A stretch of 34,206 nucleotides of DNA from an uncultured Candidatus Saccharibacteria bacterium (GTDB lineage: Bacteria > Patescibacteriota > Minisyncoccia > HO2-45-28), in assembly GCA_964574495.1 (NCBI GenBank), contig CAZNNT010000004.1, forward strand, positions 1 through 34,206, written 5' to 3'. The translations under genes and the position numbers were made by a program. This document shows positions 9,294-18,480 of this stretch, piece by piece. The notes beneath the pieces were generated by a model, which worked only from the letters and a program-made list of their open reading frames with translations, did not search any database and was not told the origin of the DNA. Position 1 is the stretch's first letter. The number at the start of each line of letters is the position of its first letter.

Positions 9294-10298
9294 TCAGCCC
9301 TTTACTGTTTCTTTTATTTTTTTAGCCAATTCTTGAGCGATTTTTGGGTTTTCTTTCAGGAAATTTTTGGCGTTTTCGTAGCCCACGCCCAGTTTATGGG
9401 CGTCGTATGAAAAAGTATTGCCGGTTTTTTTAACCTGGCCGTATTTTATCCCTAAATTCAAAATGTCCCCTTCGTAAGAAATCCCTTCGCCGAACATTAT
9501 GTCAAACTCGGCGACTTTAAAGGGCGGGGCGACTTTATTTTTCACCACTTTGGCCTTGACCCGATTACCCACCGATTCTTCGCCTTTTTTAATCTGGGCC
9601 ATTCGCCGGACTTCAATCCTGACCGAAGAATAAAATTTCAGGGCCTTGCCGCCGGGGGTTGTTTCGGGATTGCCGAAAAACACGCCTATCTGCATCCGGA
9701 TTTGATTTATAAAAATGACAATGGTTTTGGTTTTGGCCACGAGCGCCGTCAATTTGCGAAGCGCTTGCGACATTAATCGCGCCTGCAAACCAATATGAGA
9801 TTGTCCCATCTCGCCTTCAATTTCGGCTTGGGGAGTGAGGGCCGCGACCGAATCAATCACAATCACATCTAGGCCTGCCGAGCGCACCAGCGACTCCACG
9901 ATTTCCAAGGCCTGTTCACCGGTATCCGGCTGGGATATTAAAAGATCATCTATTTTTACCCCGAGTTTTTTGGCGTATTCCGGATCAAGCGCGTGCTCGG
10001 CATCCACAAACGCGCATAATCCCCCTTTCTTCTGGGCTTGCGCCACGATGGTTAAAGCAAGCGTGGTTTTACCCGACGATTCGGGCCCGTATATTTCAAT
10101 CACTCTGCCTCTCGGCACTCCGCCGACGCCCAAAGCCATATCCAAAGAAAGCGAGCCGGTCGGAACAACGTCAACATCAACTCTTCGCGCCTCGCCCAAT
10201 TTCATTATTGAACCCTCGCCGTATTTTGATTGGATGCCCTTGATGGCGGCTTCAATATTCTCCCTTTTCAGTTCTTTCTCGTCTTTTTGTTTAGGCAT
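9294..10298 (-). CDS. recA: Recombinase A
   Basis: Walker [38 protein letters not shown] and GGKALKFY. Confidence 0.99.
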   Translation of the reverse strand: MPKQKDEKELKRENIEAAIKGIQSKYGEGSIMKLGEARRVDVDVVPTGSLSLDMALGVGGVPRGRVIEIYGPESSGKTTLALTIVAQAQKKGGLCAFVDAEHALDPEYAKKLGVKIDDLLISQPDTGEQALEIVESLVRSAGLDVIVIDSVAALTPQAEIEGEMGQSHIGLQARLMSQALRKLTALVAKTKTIVIFINQIRMQIGVFFGNPETTPGGKALKFYSSVRIEVRRMAQIKKGEESVGNRVKAKVVKNKVAPPFKVAEFDIMFGEGISYEGDILNLGIKYGQVKKTGNTFSYDAHKLGVGYENAKNFLKENPKIAQELAKKIKETVKG

Positions 10299-10342
10299 AA
10301 ACTTTAAAAATTATTCTAATTTCTAATTAACCCGTGGTCATT

Positions 10343-10687
10343 CTATTCGGGCATTTTTACCAATACCTGCCGTCTTTCTCTGACTTCCCGACCGAACCTG
10401 TCCTCGGCCTTGAGTTCAATGATATTTAAGCCGGACGATAAAATCAAGGCCTCTGAAAATTTTCCGTTTTCATCGGTATAAATCGGCCGTCCGTTAAGCT
10501 CCAGTTTTATGACATAATCTGCCTGCCCCCGGACCGAAATATGGGAATTATTCAAATATGCCCCGTCCCGGGGAAAATCAACGGCTACTTGCGGCCCGCG
10601 CCAAAAACTTTGTGAATTTAAAACGGAATAAACCGCGAAAGCGGCAAAAAGCAGTCCGAAAACCAAAACCGCAGCAAAGCGACGCAT
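10343..10687 (-). CDS. Membrane-anchored single Ig-like domain protein
   Basis: N-terminal TM, then GPQV...LNGRPI...G.F...L..GLNIIELKAEDRFGR beta-sandwich pattern. Confidence 0.8.
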   Translation of the reverse strand: MRRFAAVLVFGLLFAAFAVYSVLNSQSFWRGPQVAVDFPRDGAYLNNSHISVRGQADYVIKLELNGRPIYTDENGKFSEALILSSGLNIIELKAEDRFGREVRERRQVLVKMPE

Positions 10688-10699
10688 AAATAAAATCTT

Positions 10700-12940
10700 T
10701 TAAAACGATTCAAAAAAATTCTTGCCTTCTTCGTTTTCGTCCGGCCCTCTGTCGTCCTCTTCGGCTTGCCGCGGCTCTTCATTCTCTTTTTTAATCAAAA
10801 CCTCTCGGGGCTTGGCGCCGTCCGCCGACCCTATCACGCCCCGCGACTCCATAATGTCCAAAAGGCGCGCCGCCCGCGCGTAGCCCACCCTTAACCGGCG
10901 CTGCAGATAAGAGGCCGAGGCCTTGCCGGCTTGAAGCACGACTGTTTTGGCTTCATTGTAAAGTTCGTCATCAATGTCTTCATCTTCCGCATGGTCAAAA
11001 ATGGAGGCCTTTCCCTCTTCCGGCTCAAAATTCAAAGCGTCAACTTGAGCCGGAACATATTGCGTTTCAAGATGTTGGGCGACTTTTCGCACTTCCGTCT
11101 CCGAAACAAAAGCGCCCTGGAGACGGCGCGGCTTGGAAGTGTCTCCGGACAAATAAAGCATATCGCCGTTGCCTAAAAGTTTTTCCGCTCCGGCCATATC
11201 CAAAATGGTTCTGGAATCAACTTGGGAGGCCACCTGAAAAGCGATGCGGCTCGTGATGTTGGCCTTGATTAAACCGGTTATCACTTCAACCGACGGCCTT
11301 TGAGTGGAAACAACCAGATGAAGGCCGACGGCTCGCGACATTTGAGCGAGGCGCACGATTGAGGCCTCCATTTCTCTGGGATATGCCGCCATAATATCGG
11401 CCAATTCATCTATGACTATTATAATGTAGGGCATCGGCGAATCCTCGGCTTCTTTGGAAGTCTGATATGATTTTATGTCGCGGACCTTGGCCGCCGACAA
11501 AAGCTCGTATCTTCGCTCCATTTCTTTAGTCGCCCACTTCAAGGCCATTATGGCTTTTTTGGCGTCGGTTATAACGGGAGTTAAAATGTGCGGGATTCCG
11601 GAATAAACCGAAAGTTCAACTCTTTTCGGGTCAATCATCAAAAAACGGAGCCGCTCCGGAGGATTGCGATACAGAAGCGACATCATCATCGCGTGAATCG
11701 CCACTGATTTTCCGGAGCCCGTAGAGCCCGCTATCAAAAGATGCGGCATACGCCCGAGGTCGGCAAAAAGCACCCGCCCAGAAACATCGCGTCCGAGACC
11801 CAAAAGCAGCGGCGTTCCGGAAGACGCGTATTCGTCTTGCGATAATACGCTTGCCATACCCACCAGAGCCATACTCTTATTGGGCATCTCAACTCCAATC
11901 AAGGATTTGCCCGGAATCGGGGCCTCAATTCTGATGGGGTGGGCCGCTAGCGCCAGAGCCAGATCATTTTGCAAAGCGGTTATGCGCGAAAGTTTAATGC
12001 CTTCGGCCGGACGCAGGGTGTATTGGGTTATGGAAGGGCCGATGTTAATTTCTCCCATCTCAACTAAAATTCCGAAATTCTGAAGAGTTCTTTTAATTAT
12101 GTTGGCGTTGGCTTTAATATCGCCCGATGACGGTTTGCCTTTATCTTCTTCCAAAAGGCCGAGAGGCGGCGGCTTAAATTCCGATACGGCGATTTTTTTA
12201 TTTCTATAATTTAGGGCAAATGGCTTTTCAGCCAAAGACGACTCGTCTTCTGCCGCCTCATCTTTAAGCGGCGGTTGAGAAAGAGGATTTTCGATTTTGG
12301 GTTTTAACGCCAATTCCTGACGGATGGCTTCCGCCGCTTCTTTTATTTTGGAGAAAGCCGAAGCGGCCTGCGGTTTTTCAGATTCTTCATCGGAGTTTTC
12401 GGCCGGAGGTTCAATCTCTTCAGGCATCGGGGTTTTAGCAAACCAGCGCCGGGGCTTGATGGAAATATTAAGAGTCAAAATAAGGGCGGAAACGGAAACG
12501 GCGGCCAGTATCACGAGTGTTGCCCAAAAATCAAAAAGTTTAAGCAGGGGCTTTGAAACCCAAAAACCGAAAAAGCCCGCGGCTTTTTCTCCAAAAATCA
12601 AATCAAAGATGCCAAGAGCCGAGAACAGCATAAGCGCCGCGCCGCCAATGGTGGTGGCGACCAAATTAGTTCTTAAGGAAAAAATAAAAGACAGGCCGGC
12701 TGTAAAAAAAGTCAATGGAACAAGAAAGAAGGCGCCTCCAAAAAGCATTTCCAAAAAATTATACAGGCCCTGGCCGACAAAACCGGCCTTGCCATAAGCG
12801 GCGAGTATAAATAAAAGCGCGGCGGCGAACGAAAAAACCGCCCATATGGAGTGCTTGGTTTCTTTGTTCAGCCGTTCGGAATGAAGGACATCTTCGTCCT
12901 CCGACTTCCTTGACGGCCTGCCTCTCCTTTTTTTCTTCAT
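10700..12940 (-). CDS. ftsK: DNA translocase FtsK/SpoIIIE
   Basis: 4TM N-terminus, PHLLIAGSTGSGKS, IDPKRVEL, IIIVIDELAD, gamma domain LQRRLRVGYARAARLLD. Start placed at 12940 because TATAAT lies at 12954-12949. Confidence 0.97.
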   Translation of the reverse strand: MKKKRRGRPSRKSEDEDVLHSERLNKETKHSIWAVFSFAAALLFILAAYGKAGFVGQGLYNFLEMLFGGAFFLVPLTFFTAGLSFIFSLRTNLVATTIGGAALMLFSALGIFDLIFGEKAAGFFGFWVSKPLLKLFDFWATLVILAAVSVSALILTLNISIKPRRWFAKTPMPEEIEPPAENSDEESEKPQAASAFSKIKEAAEAIRQELALKPKIENPLSQPPLKDEAAEDESSLAEKPFALNYRNKKIAVSEFKPPPLGLLEEDKGKPSSGDIKANANIIKRTLQNFGILVEMGEINIGPSITQYTLRPAEGIKLSRITALQNDLALALAAHPIRIEAPIPGKSLIGVEMPNKSMALVGMASVLSQDEYASSGTPLLLGLGRDVSGRVLFADLGRMPHLLIAGSTGSGKSVAIHAMMMSLLYRNPPERLRFLMIDPKRVELSVYSGIPHILTPVITDAKKAIMALKWATKEMERRYELLSAAKVRDIKSYQTSKEAEDSPMPYIIIVIDELADIMAAYPREMEASIVRLAQMSRAVGLHLVVSTQRPSVEVITGLIKANITSRIAFQVASQVDSRTILDMAGAEKLLGNGDMLYLSGDTSKPRRLQGAFVSETEVRKVAQHLETQYVPAQVDALNFEPEEGKASIFDHAEDEDIDDELYNEAKTVVLQAGKASASYLQRRLRVGYARAARLLDIMESRGVIGSADGAKPREVLIKKENEEPRQAEEDDRGPDENEEGKNFFESF

Positions 12941-12983
12941 TTGCATTTATTATACAGATTTCTCGCAAAAAATAAAAATAAAA

Positions 12984-13005
12984 TACCGGAACCCGGGTTC
13001 CGGTA
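12984..13005 (-). terminator. Terminator after the S41 peptidase gene (perfect 22-bp palindrome)
   Basis: TACCGGAACCCGGGTTCCGGTA followed on the minus strand by TTTTATTTTT. Confidence 0.75.
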
Positions 13006-13008
13006 AAT

Positions 13009-14190
13009 TTATTGGGTTTTTAAAAATTCAATGGCTTTTTCCAGAATTTCATCTTTTTGAGTAGATGGATCGTCTGCAATCTCCATGTCCGGCTTAATTC
13101 CTTCGCCGTCCGGCGTCTTGCCGTTGGAAAAATAGTATTTAGCGATGGTAAATCTGAAACGGCCGCCGTCAGCTAAAGGCAGTAAGTTCTGCACACTGCC
13201 TTTACCGAAGGTTTTTTGGCCGATAATCTTCGCGCCCCAAATCTGCAAGACCCCGGCGACTATTTCCGAAGCAGAAGCCGACTCATTATTTACCAAAAGA
13301 ACGACGCGTAAGTCGGCAAAAGACCCGCGATTTACGGATAAAAATTTCTTCCTTGATGACCTGTCGCGGCCGCGTATTTCAAGAATAAGATCATCAGGAC
13401 GAGGAGCAAAAAGGTCTAAAAACCGAATGCTGTCAGATAAAAGTCCGCCGGGATTATTTCTTAAATCCACAATTAAATTTTTGATGCCGGAAATTCTAAA
13501 TTGCCTCAAAACGGGCAAAATATCGTCTTTAATTAATTCCCGTTTCATAAAGCCGGAGATTTTCAAATAACCCGTGCGTCCGTCTATTTGCCTTGGGTCC
13601 GCCTCGATTTTCTTGACCTCGCCTCTTGTAATAATTATGAGGGGCAAAACCGTTCCATTTCGGATAATCTTCAAAAAGACCCTGGTCCCGACAGCGCCTC
13701 TAATCCGGCGAGCCGCCTCTCCTGAATCGGCGCCGATAATATTTATCTTATCGGCGCTTTCTCCGACGGCGTTGATAATATCTCCGGGTTTCAAAGAACC
13801 CTCTTTTTCGGCAGGACTTCCGGGGATTATTTCTTTAATCTCAATTCCGGTTTTTTCCTTATTCGGGGAAATGGAAACGCCGATGCCGGAAAATTTACCC
13901 TCCGACTCTTCATCTAAAAACCCGGCTTCTTCCGGAGAATGATAAAAAGCAAATTTATCTTTTTTAAAACAGCTTTTATTTTCGCTACCGGCAAATCCGT
14001 TCCTTAAAACACACTGATGAAACTCCATAATTTCCTTTTCGCTCGGTTCATAAAAAGAATGGTCTTTGAGCGCTCGGAGCATTTGAAGGTAAGCGATGCC
14101 TTGAGGAAAAAAATCATTCTGAGCGTAAACGCCCGTACCGAACAAAAACGCGAAATAAATCGCCAGCAAAGAAACGAAGAATTTTTTCAA
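13009..14190 (-). CDS. S41 family C-terminal processing protease (CtpA/Prc-like) with PDZ domain
   Basis: Signal peptide; PDZ FSGIGV..PGSPA..LKPGD; DLRNNPGG; catalytic SASASE; TFGKGSVQ; GIKPD. TTG start with an AGGAG SD. Confidence 0.95.
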   Translation of the reverse strand: MKKFFVSLLAIYFAFLFGTGVYAQNDFFPQGIAYLQMLRALKDHSFYEPSEKEIMEFHQCVLRNGFAGSENKSCFKKDKFAFYHSPEEAGFLDEESEGKFSGIGVSISPNKEKTGIEIKEIIPGSPAEKEGSLKPGDIINAVGESADKINIIGADSGEAARRIRGAVGTRVFLKIIRNGTVLPLIIITRGEVKKIEADPRQIDGRTGYLKISGFMKRELIKDDILPVLRQFRISGIKNLIVDLRNNPGGLLSDSIRFLDLFAPRPDDLILEIRGRDRSSRKKFLSVNRGSFADLRVVLLVNNESASASEIVAGVLQIWGAKIIGQKTFGKGSVQNLLPLADGGRFRFTIAKYYFSNGKTPDGEGIKPDMEIADDPSTQKDEILEKAIEFLKTQ

Positions 14191-14263
14191 TTTTTTCTCC
14201 TTTCGAGAAAAACGCCTCTAAACCAAATATACTATCGTTGAAAACAAACGCAATAAGCGCCAT

Positions 14264-14292
14264 TTGCCTAAGCGGAAGCGCGATGTTAGAAT
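14264..14292 (+). promoter_or_regulatory. Sigma70-type promoter for the MotA/MotB-like pair
   Basis: TTGCCT-17 nt-TAGAAT with extended TG. Confidence 0.6.
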
Positions 14293-14334
14293 CCATATGA
14301 ACAGTTGCTTTGAAAAAGATCGGAGGAAACGGCA

Positions 14335-15075
14335 ATGATCCGTAAGATGTCCAATCCTTACTCTTTTTTGGCCGTGTGGTTATTTTTCATCGCGGCCGGA
14401 ATCGTGGGAAGCGTTTACGCCCTGTGGGAAGGGTACCTTTTTTACGCTCTGTCTTTGGATAAAACCATGATCACTTTGGTTATTATCGGCGTGTTTTTTA
14501 TCGGTTTAGCCATTATTACGCGCGCCGTAATCCTTATTTTTTTAGAACTAAAAAGAGTGTCCGACATACACAAGGAGTTGTCCGGCGGCAAATTAAGCGT
14601 TGCCGAGATTTCCGGAAAAAAGGGACTCCTGGGATATCATGTAAACGCGATTCGCAAATTGTGGGAAACGGATAAAACACGAGATCCGCTGGAACTGCAT
14701 GATAAACATATGGATAACATAATTATGCTGCTTGACCATTTAATTTACGTGCCCGTAAAAATCGCCCAGACCTTGATGATTTTGGGACTTTTGGGCACGG
14801 TGTACGGAATTATGGTGGCCCTCTCTGGATTCCTGGGATCAGAATTGGCTAAAGCCGATGTATTTGCGAAAATAATTCAGCCCATGGGCGCGGGCATGGC
14901 AACGGCATATATCACCACGCTTTTCGGCATGTTTTTGGGAATCCTCTACCTTGATTGGCTATGTGTTATCGCGCGTCTTGGAATAGCGCGGCTGGCATTT
15001 AATATCTCGCGCGTAATGTGGCGGCATATCCTGCGAGATTGGAAAGACGATTACGCGAAGGATGAAATGGGATGA
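14335..15075 (+). CDS. MotA/TolQ/ExbB proton-channel family protein
   Basis: Four TM helices with family motifs LMILGLLGTVYGIMVAL and GMATAYITTLFGM; GGAGG SD. Confidence 0.85.
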   Translation: MIRKMSNPYSFLAVWLFFIAAGIVGSVYALWEGYLFYALSLDKTMITLVIIGVFFIGLAIITRAVILIFLELKRVSDIHKELSGGKLSVAEISGKKGLLGYHVNAIRKLWETDKTRDPLELHDKHMDNIIMLLDHLIYVPVKIAQTLMILGLLGTVYGIMVALSGFLGSELAKADVFAKIIQPMGAGMATAYITTLFGMFLGILYLDWLCVIARLGIARLAFNISRVMWRHILRDWKDDYAKDEMG

Positions 15076-15695
15076 AGCTAAAATTTCTTTTCAACCGATG
15101 GAACGAAGAAAATGGGGGCATTTCCGTAGGATTCCTTGATACAATAATGAACTCATTTCTTGCTATTTTGGTGCTGTTTATGGCTTGGGTGGTAATTTCA
15201 ACTGTAAAGAAAGAGATTGAATCCAGAGGCGCGGTCAGAAGCATAATTACCGTCCATATCACTTGGCCCAAAGGCGATGAAGATATAGATACCTGGGGTC
15301 TTGGACCTGACGAACAAGCGGTCGGCTATTCAAAGCCGCAAAGCGATATGCTTGTTCTTTTAAGAGATGATACCGGCCGGGATAAGACAACGCCAATCAA
15401 CGAAGAATTTATGGTTACCGTGGCGGACAAAGAACATATCAAGGGCCGTTACAGATTCAATTTGTTTTATTTCCGCGGAGAAAAAGAACTTACGGTGGAA
15501 GCAAAAGTAATGATTCAAAAATTTAAAAACGGCGTTATGACGGATATACAGACCGTCTTTGAAAGAAAAATAGTTATGGAAAAATGGGGCGTTGAAAAAA
15601 CAATAGTGCAGTTTGATATGGATGAAAACGGAGAATTCGTAAAGGAAAGCGTCAATCAGAATTTCCAAAGAATAGCCCTGGTTCAAGGACATTAA
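15072..15695 (+). CDS. MotB/ExbD-like single-TM partner with an extracytoplasmic YfaP/DUF2135-like beta domain
   Basis: ATGA overlap with the upstream gene; Asp at the start of the TM (GFLDTIMNSFLAILVLFMAW); ITWPKGDEDIDTWGLGPD, LLRDDTG, INEE and GRYRFNLFYF. Confidence 0.7.
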   Translation: MKLKFLFNRWNEENGGISVGFLDTIMNSFLAILVLFMAWVVISTVKKEIESRGAVRSIITVHITWPKGDEDIDTWGLGPDEQAVGYSKPQSDMLVLLRDDTGRDKTTPINEEFMVTVADKEHIKGRYRFNLFYFRGEKELTVEAKVMIQKFKNGVMTDIQTVFERKIVMEKWGVEKTIVQFDMDENGEFVKESVNQNFQRIALVQGH

Positions 15696-15725
15696 AAATC
15701 CCGCGCTCAAAATGGCGCGGGATTT
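15696..15725. terminator. Terminator hairpin between convergent genes
   Basis: AAATCCCGCGC-8 nt-GCGCGGGATTT. Confidence 0.8.
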
Positions 15726-15727
15726 CT

Positions 15728-17203
15728 CTATTTTTTATCGGGGTTTTTCGGCGGCAGACCCTCATGCCGAAAATCCTTAAAACCTAGCCCGGAAAGGTCG
15801 GGCGTTTTAAATGCTCCGAATCCCGACCCCCGTCTTAAACGCAGCAGCGTGCCTTTACCCTTTTTTAAAAGCTCCAGTCTCTCGCCAAGTTCCTTGGCGC
15901 TTTTAGAGCCGGGCTCATAAGTTATCTTAAAAAAACGCAAGTCGCCAAAACCCTTCGGCGTTTTTTCCCTTACCACTATGTAAACCTCGCCTTTTTGAGA
16001 GTCCATAATGGCATGCTCCAGCAGCAAGTCGCGATCGGGTATAAACCTGCTGGCCCAGCCAAGAGCCGAGCGCGTTCCGAAATAGACAAAAATGGAAATC
16101 ATTATAACCATCGCGGTTACGAACAAATATGACGGCACGGTGAAGCGATTTTTGAAGATGAAAATGAGTAAAATCGCAAAAGTCGCTAATGCCGCGAAGA
16201 TTGTCCAGGAAATGCGCTCTAAATCCAGAATCTTATCCCAAATTTTAACCGCAAAAGGAACCGCAAGATTTTTGTCCAACTCATTGCTTGGATAAACAAC
16301 AACATCCAATGCGTCTTTTACCAACTCCACTCTTGCGGCCTGAAAAATGTGGGAATGTATCCTTGAATCCTCAAGATAGCTTGTAATGCTCCTGATAATG
16401 CCGACAACCGAATAACAGTATTCTTCGGGGCATCCGCTGTATTCTTTTAAAATCGGAGAGCCCGAGGCGCCGGCGGCAACCGCGGCTCTGCTTAAAGTCA
16501 TAACCGCTTGGCCATATTCAATCAGGCCTTTTGGCCCGATATTGGCTTCATAATTCTGTTCAAAAGTTACCGGAGATAAATATATGTCGGTGGGTGAAAA
16601 ACCGCTGCCGCCAGCCATAAAAAGATTGTCACCATATTTAAGGTCCGGCGACGAACCCAACACAAAATGCTCTTTCGGCAAATCTTTTGGATTTTTAGAC
16701 GTAAGAATCGCGAAATCCTGGCCGAGATCGTCATAGATAAGAAACTTAATCTCCAAACCGCGATAGATTTTGTCGCCGATACGGAAAATGATGTTCTGTT
16801 CTCTAATATCCGTTGATTTATATTCTATATCAAACTTAGACAGATCAATCTCGTACCTTTCAATAAATCCTCTTAAGAGACGCGGTATCTCGTGTTTAGA
16901 CGGAGGCGAAAGCGTGTGGCCCGAAGTCAAAATAACTTTCTTGCCGCGATGAACCGCGACAAACGCGCGTCCGAAGAAACTCGATTTCATTACGACCGTT
17001 TTTTTCGCGCTCGCTTCTTTAACGCCTTTAGGCGATACCTCAAAATTTATTTCCTTTATAACGGAGATGGTCCCCACGCGTTTTCTGACAAAATCCAAAC
17101 GGCTTTCACGCGGTTTTGTGGGCCCGCGTATAGCTTCGTAATGAACAGAAGGCGCGACAAACGAAAACAAAAACGCCAGAGTAACCAAAACAACCCTTTT
17201 CAT
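15728..17203 (-). CDS. Trypsin-like serine protease fused to a 2-TM plus C-terminal domain of unknown function
   Basis: Signal peptide; triad motifs LTSGHTL, QDFAIL and GASGSPI; two hydrophobic helices near residues 333-378. Confidence 0.8.
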   Translation of the reverse strand: MKRVVLVTLAFLFSFVAPSVHYEAIRGPTKPRESRLDFVRKRVGTISVIKEINFEVSPKGVKEASAKKTVVMKSSFFGRAFVAVHRGKKVILTSGHTLSPPSKHEIPRLLRGFIERYEIDLSKFDIEYKSTDIREQNIIFRIGDKIYRGLEIKFLIYDDLGQDFAILTSKNPKDLPKEHFVLGSSPDLKYGDNLFMAGGSGFSPTDIYLSPVTFEQNYEANIGPKGLIEYGQAVMTLSRAAVAAGASGSPILKEYSGCPEEYCYSVVGIIRSITSYLEDSRIHSHIFQAARVELVKDALDVVVYPSNELDKNLAVPFAVKIWDKILDLERISWTIFAALATFAILLIFIFKNRFTVPSYLFVTAMVIMISIFVYFGTRSALGWASRFIPDRDLLLEHAIMDSQKGEVYIVVREKTPKGFGDLRFFKITYEPGSKSAKELGERLELLKKGKGTLLRLRRGSGFGAFKTPDLSGLGFKDFRHEGLPPKNPDKK

Positions 17204-17319
17204 CTCCAGCTCCCTCCGTAAACGGACGGAATTTCAACGAGCCCTTCTTCTTATCTAAACCTAGTAAATAAACGTGGCGGAGGCAAGGGAGTCGGCGTAA
17301 TCTCTAAAAATGATAAAAA

Positions 17320-17355
17320 CCCGCCATCCGTTATATTCCTATAACGATTAGCGGG
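17320..17355 (-). terminator. Intrinsic terminator after 17371..18207
   Basis: Minus strand CCCGC..CGTTATA-GGAA-TATAACG..GCGGG-TTTTT. Confidence 0.75.
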
Positions 17356-17370
17356 GCTGGATTCAAAAAA

Positions 17371-18207
17371 TTATTTTGGAGGAATAAAAAATCTTTTTAT
17401 TTCATCCGAGCACTTTATGCATTTATCCATAATTTCGCGTCCAATCGCGTTAATTTTCAGCATTCCGCCGATACGGCTAAGGTATCTGCCGAATGGGTCC
17501 ATAAGTACATATTGCGCGAGGCCTACCAGCACAAACTCGCCGCCTTTTATGGCCACAACCGGCCCGCCACTGTCGCCCGGATATATGCCGTTAGAAATCC
17601 GCGCGATATCTTTATTTTCAGACGCGGTCAAAGATGACACGATGCCCTCACGGACATTAAGACCGCTTGAAGACGGATCGCCCACCATATAAACGAAATT
17701 ACCAAGGCCTAAATTATCGCTATTGCCGATAGTGAACGGAAAAAATGGGATTTTTAAATTCGGGGGCATTTCAAAAAGAGCTACCTCGACATATTGGCCC
17801 TCTTTCACATAAAGCGGCTTTAGTTTGTACTCCCGATTTTGCGTCACAATAAAACTTTCCTCGGATAATTTTTCGGAAGGAACATTGACCGGACCGAACG
17901 GCGTCATAACCTGCAGAGGCGGATGCTGAACGACATGGGCCAAGGTCAGCAAAAATCGTCCTTCCATAACCGGCAGTCCCCGGCCTTCAAAAATACGAGT
18001 TGTGGTTAGTGGGCTGTTTGGCGGCCTGTCGCCGAGAAATTTAAAAACGGTCTTGGTCCTTACTTTGACGGTTGCCAAAACGACCTTTTGAAGTTTGTCC
18101 GCCAAATCACGAACAAGAAAATTATTGCTGTCATAATAGGACTCCGCTCCGACTGGCGTGCTGACGAAAAACGCCAAAAAAACTAGCGCGAAAAAAATCT
18201 TTTTCAT
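17371..18207 (-). CDS. Secreted trypsin-like serine protease (triad Asp apparently replaced by Glu)
   Basis: Start moved to ATG 18207 (AAGGAGG SD, signal peptide MKKIFFALVFLAFF); LTLAHVV, VEVALF and PGDSGGPV. Confidence 0.88.
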   Translation of the reverse strand: MKKIFFALVFLAFFVSTPVGAESYYDSNNFLVRDLADKLQKVVLATVKVRTKTVFKFLGDRPPNSPLTTTRIFEGRGLPVMEGRFLLTLAHVVQHPPLQVMTPFGPVNVPSEKLSEESFIVTQNREYKLKPLYVKEGQYVEVALFEMPPNLKIPFFPFTIGNSDNLGLGNFVYMVGDPSSSGLNVREGIVSSLTASENKDIARISNGIYPGDSGGPVVAIKGGEFVLVGLAQYVLMDPFGRYLSRIGGMLKINAIGREIMDKCIKCSDEIKRFFIPPK

Positions 18208-18254
18208 TTTCCCCTCCTTTTTGTTAAAGAGCGATTGGGGGAAACCGGCCGCAT

Positions 18255-18336
18255 AAACCAAAACTCCGGCGCCAACTCAAATTCCCGCGCTTAGGAATAG
18301 AGTCGTCGCCGGAGTTTCCGGTTTGCCCTTTTCTTT
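18255..18336 (-). ncRNA. Candidate structured 5' leader RNA, copy A
   Basis: About 70-nt imperfect hairpin between promoter and SD; shares identical 20-nt and 14-nt blocks with 19400-19475. Confidence 0.6.
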
Positions 18337-18348
18337 TTTGCTTCTTCC

Positions 18349-18377
18349 ATCATATAAACCGGGCAAAAAAGAGTCAA
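18349..18377 (-). promoter_or_regulatory. Sigma70-type promoter
   Basis: TTGACT-17 nt-TATGAT. Confidence 0.75.
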
Positions 18378-18424
18378 TCCCGTTAGAAAGTCCTCAATAT
18401 ACGGCAATAAACAAGACAATAAAC

Positions 18425-18450
18425 ACGCCCCCGATGACCATCGGGGGCGT
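18425..18450 (-). terminator. Terminator after 18481..19347
   Basis: ACGCCCCCGAT-GACC-ATCGGGGGCGT with T-rich sequence following on the minus strand. Confidence 0.75.
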
Positions 18451-18480
18451 TAATGCAATGCGCGCTTTATTTTGCGCGGC

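Noticed and set aside
14335-15695. Zorya (ZorAB) defence system or flagellar stator
   Set aside because: There is no long ZorA tail, no OmpA-like domain in the B subunit, no zorC/D/E and no flagellar genes in the window.
18255-18336. Canonical c-di-GMP-I riboswitch call
   Set aside because: GGGCAAACC...GACG resembles it, but the GNRA tetraloop, the GCAAAG linker and the P3 receptor stem are absent. Kept only as an unknown leader.
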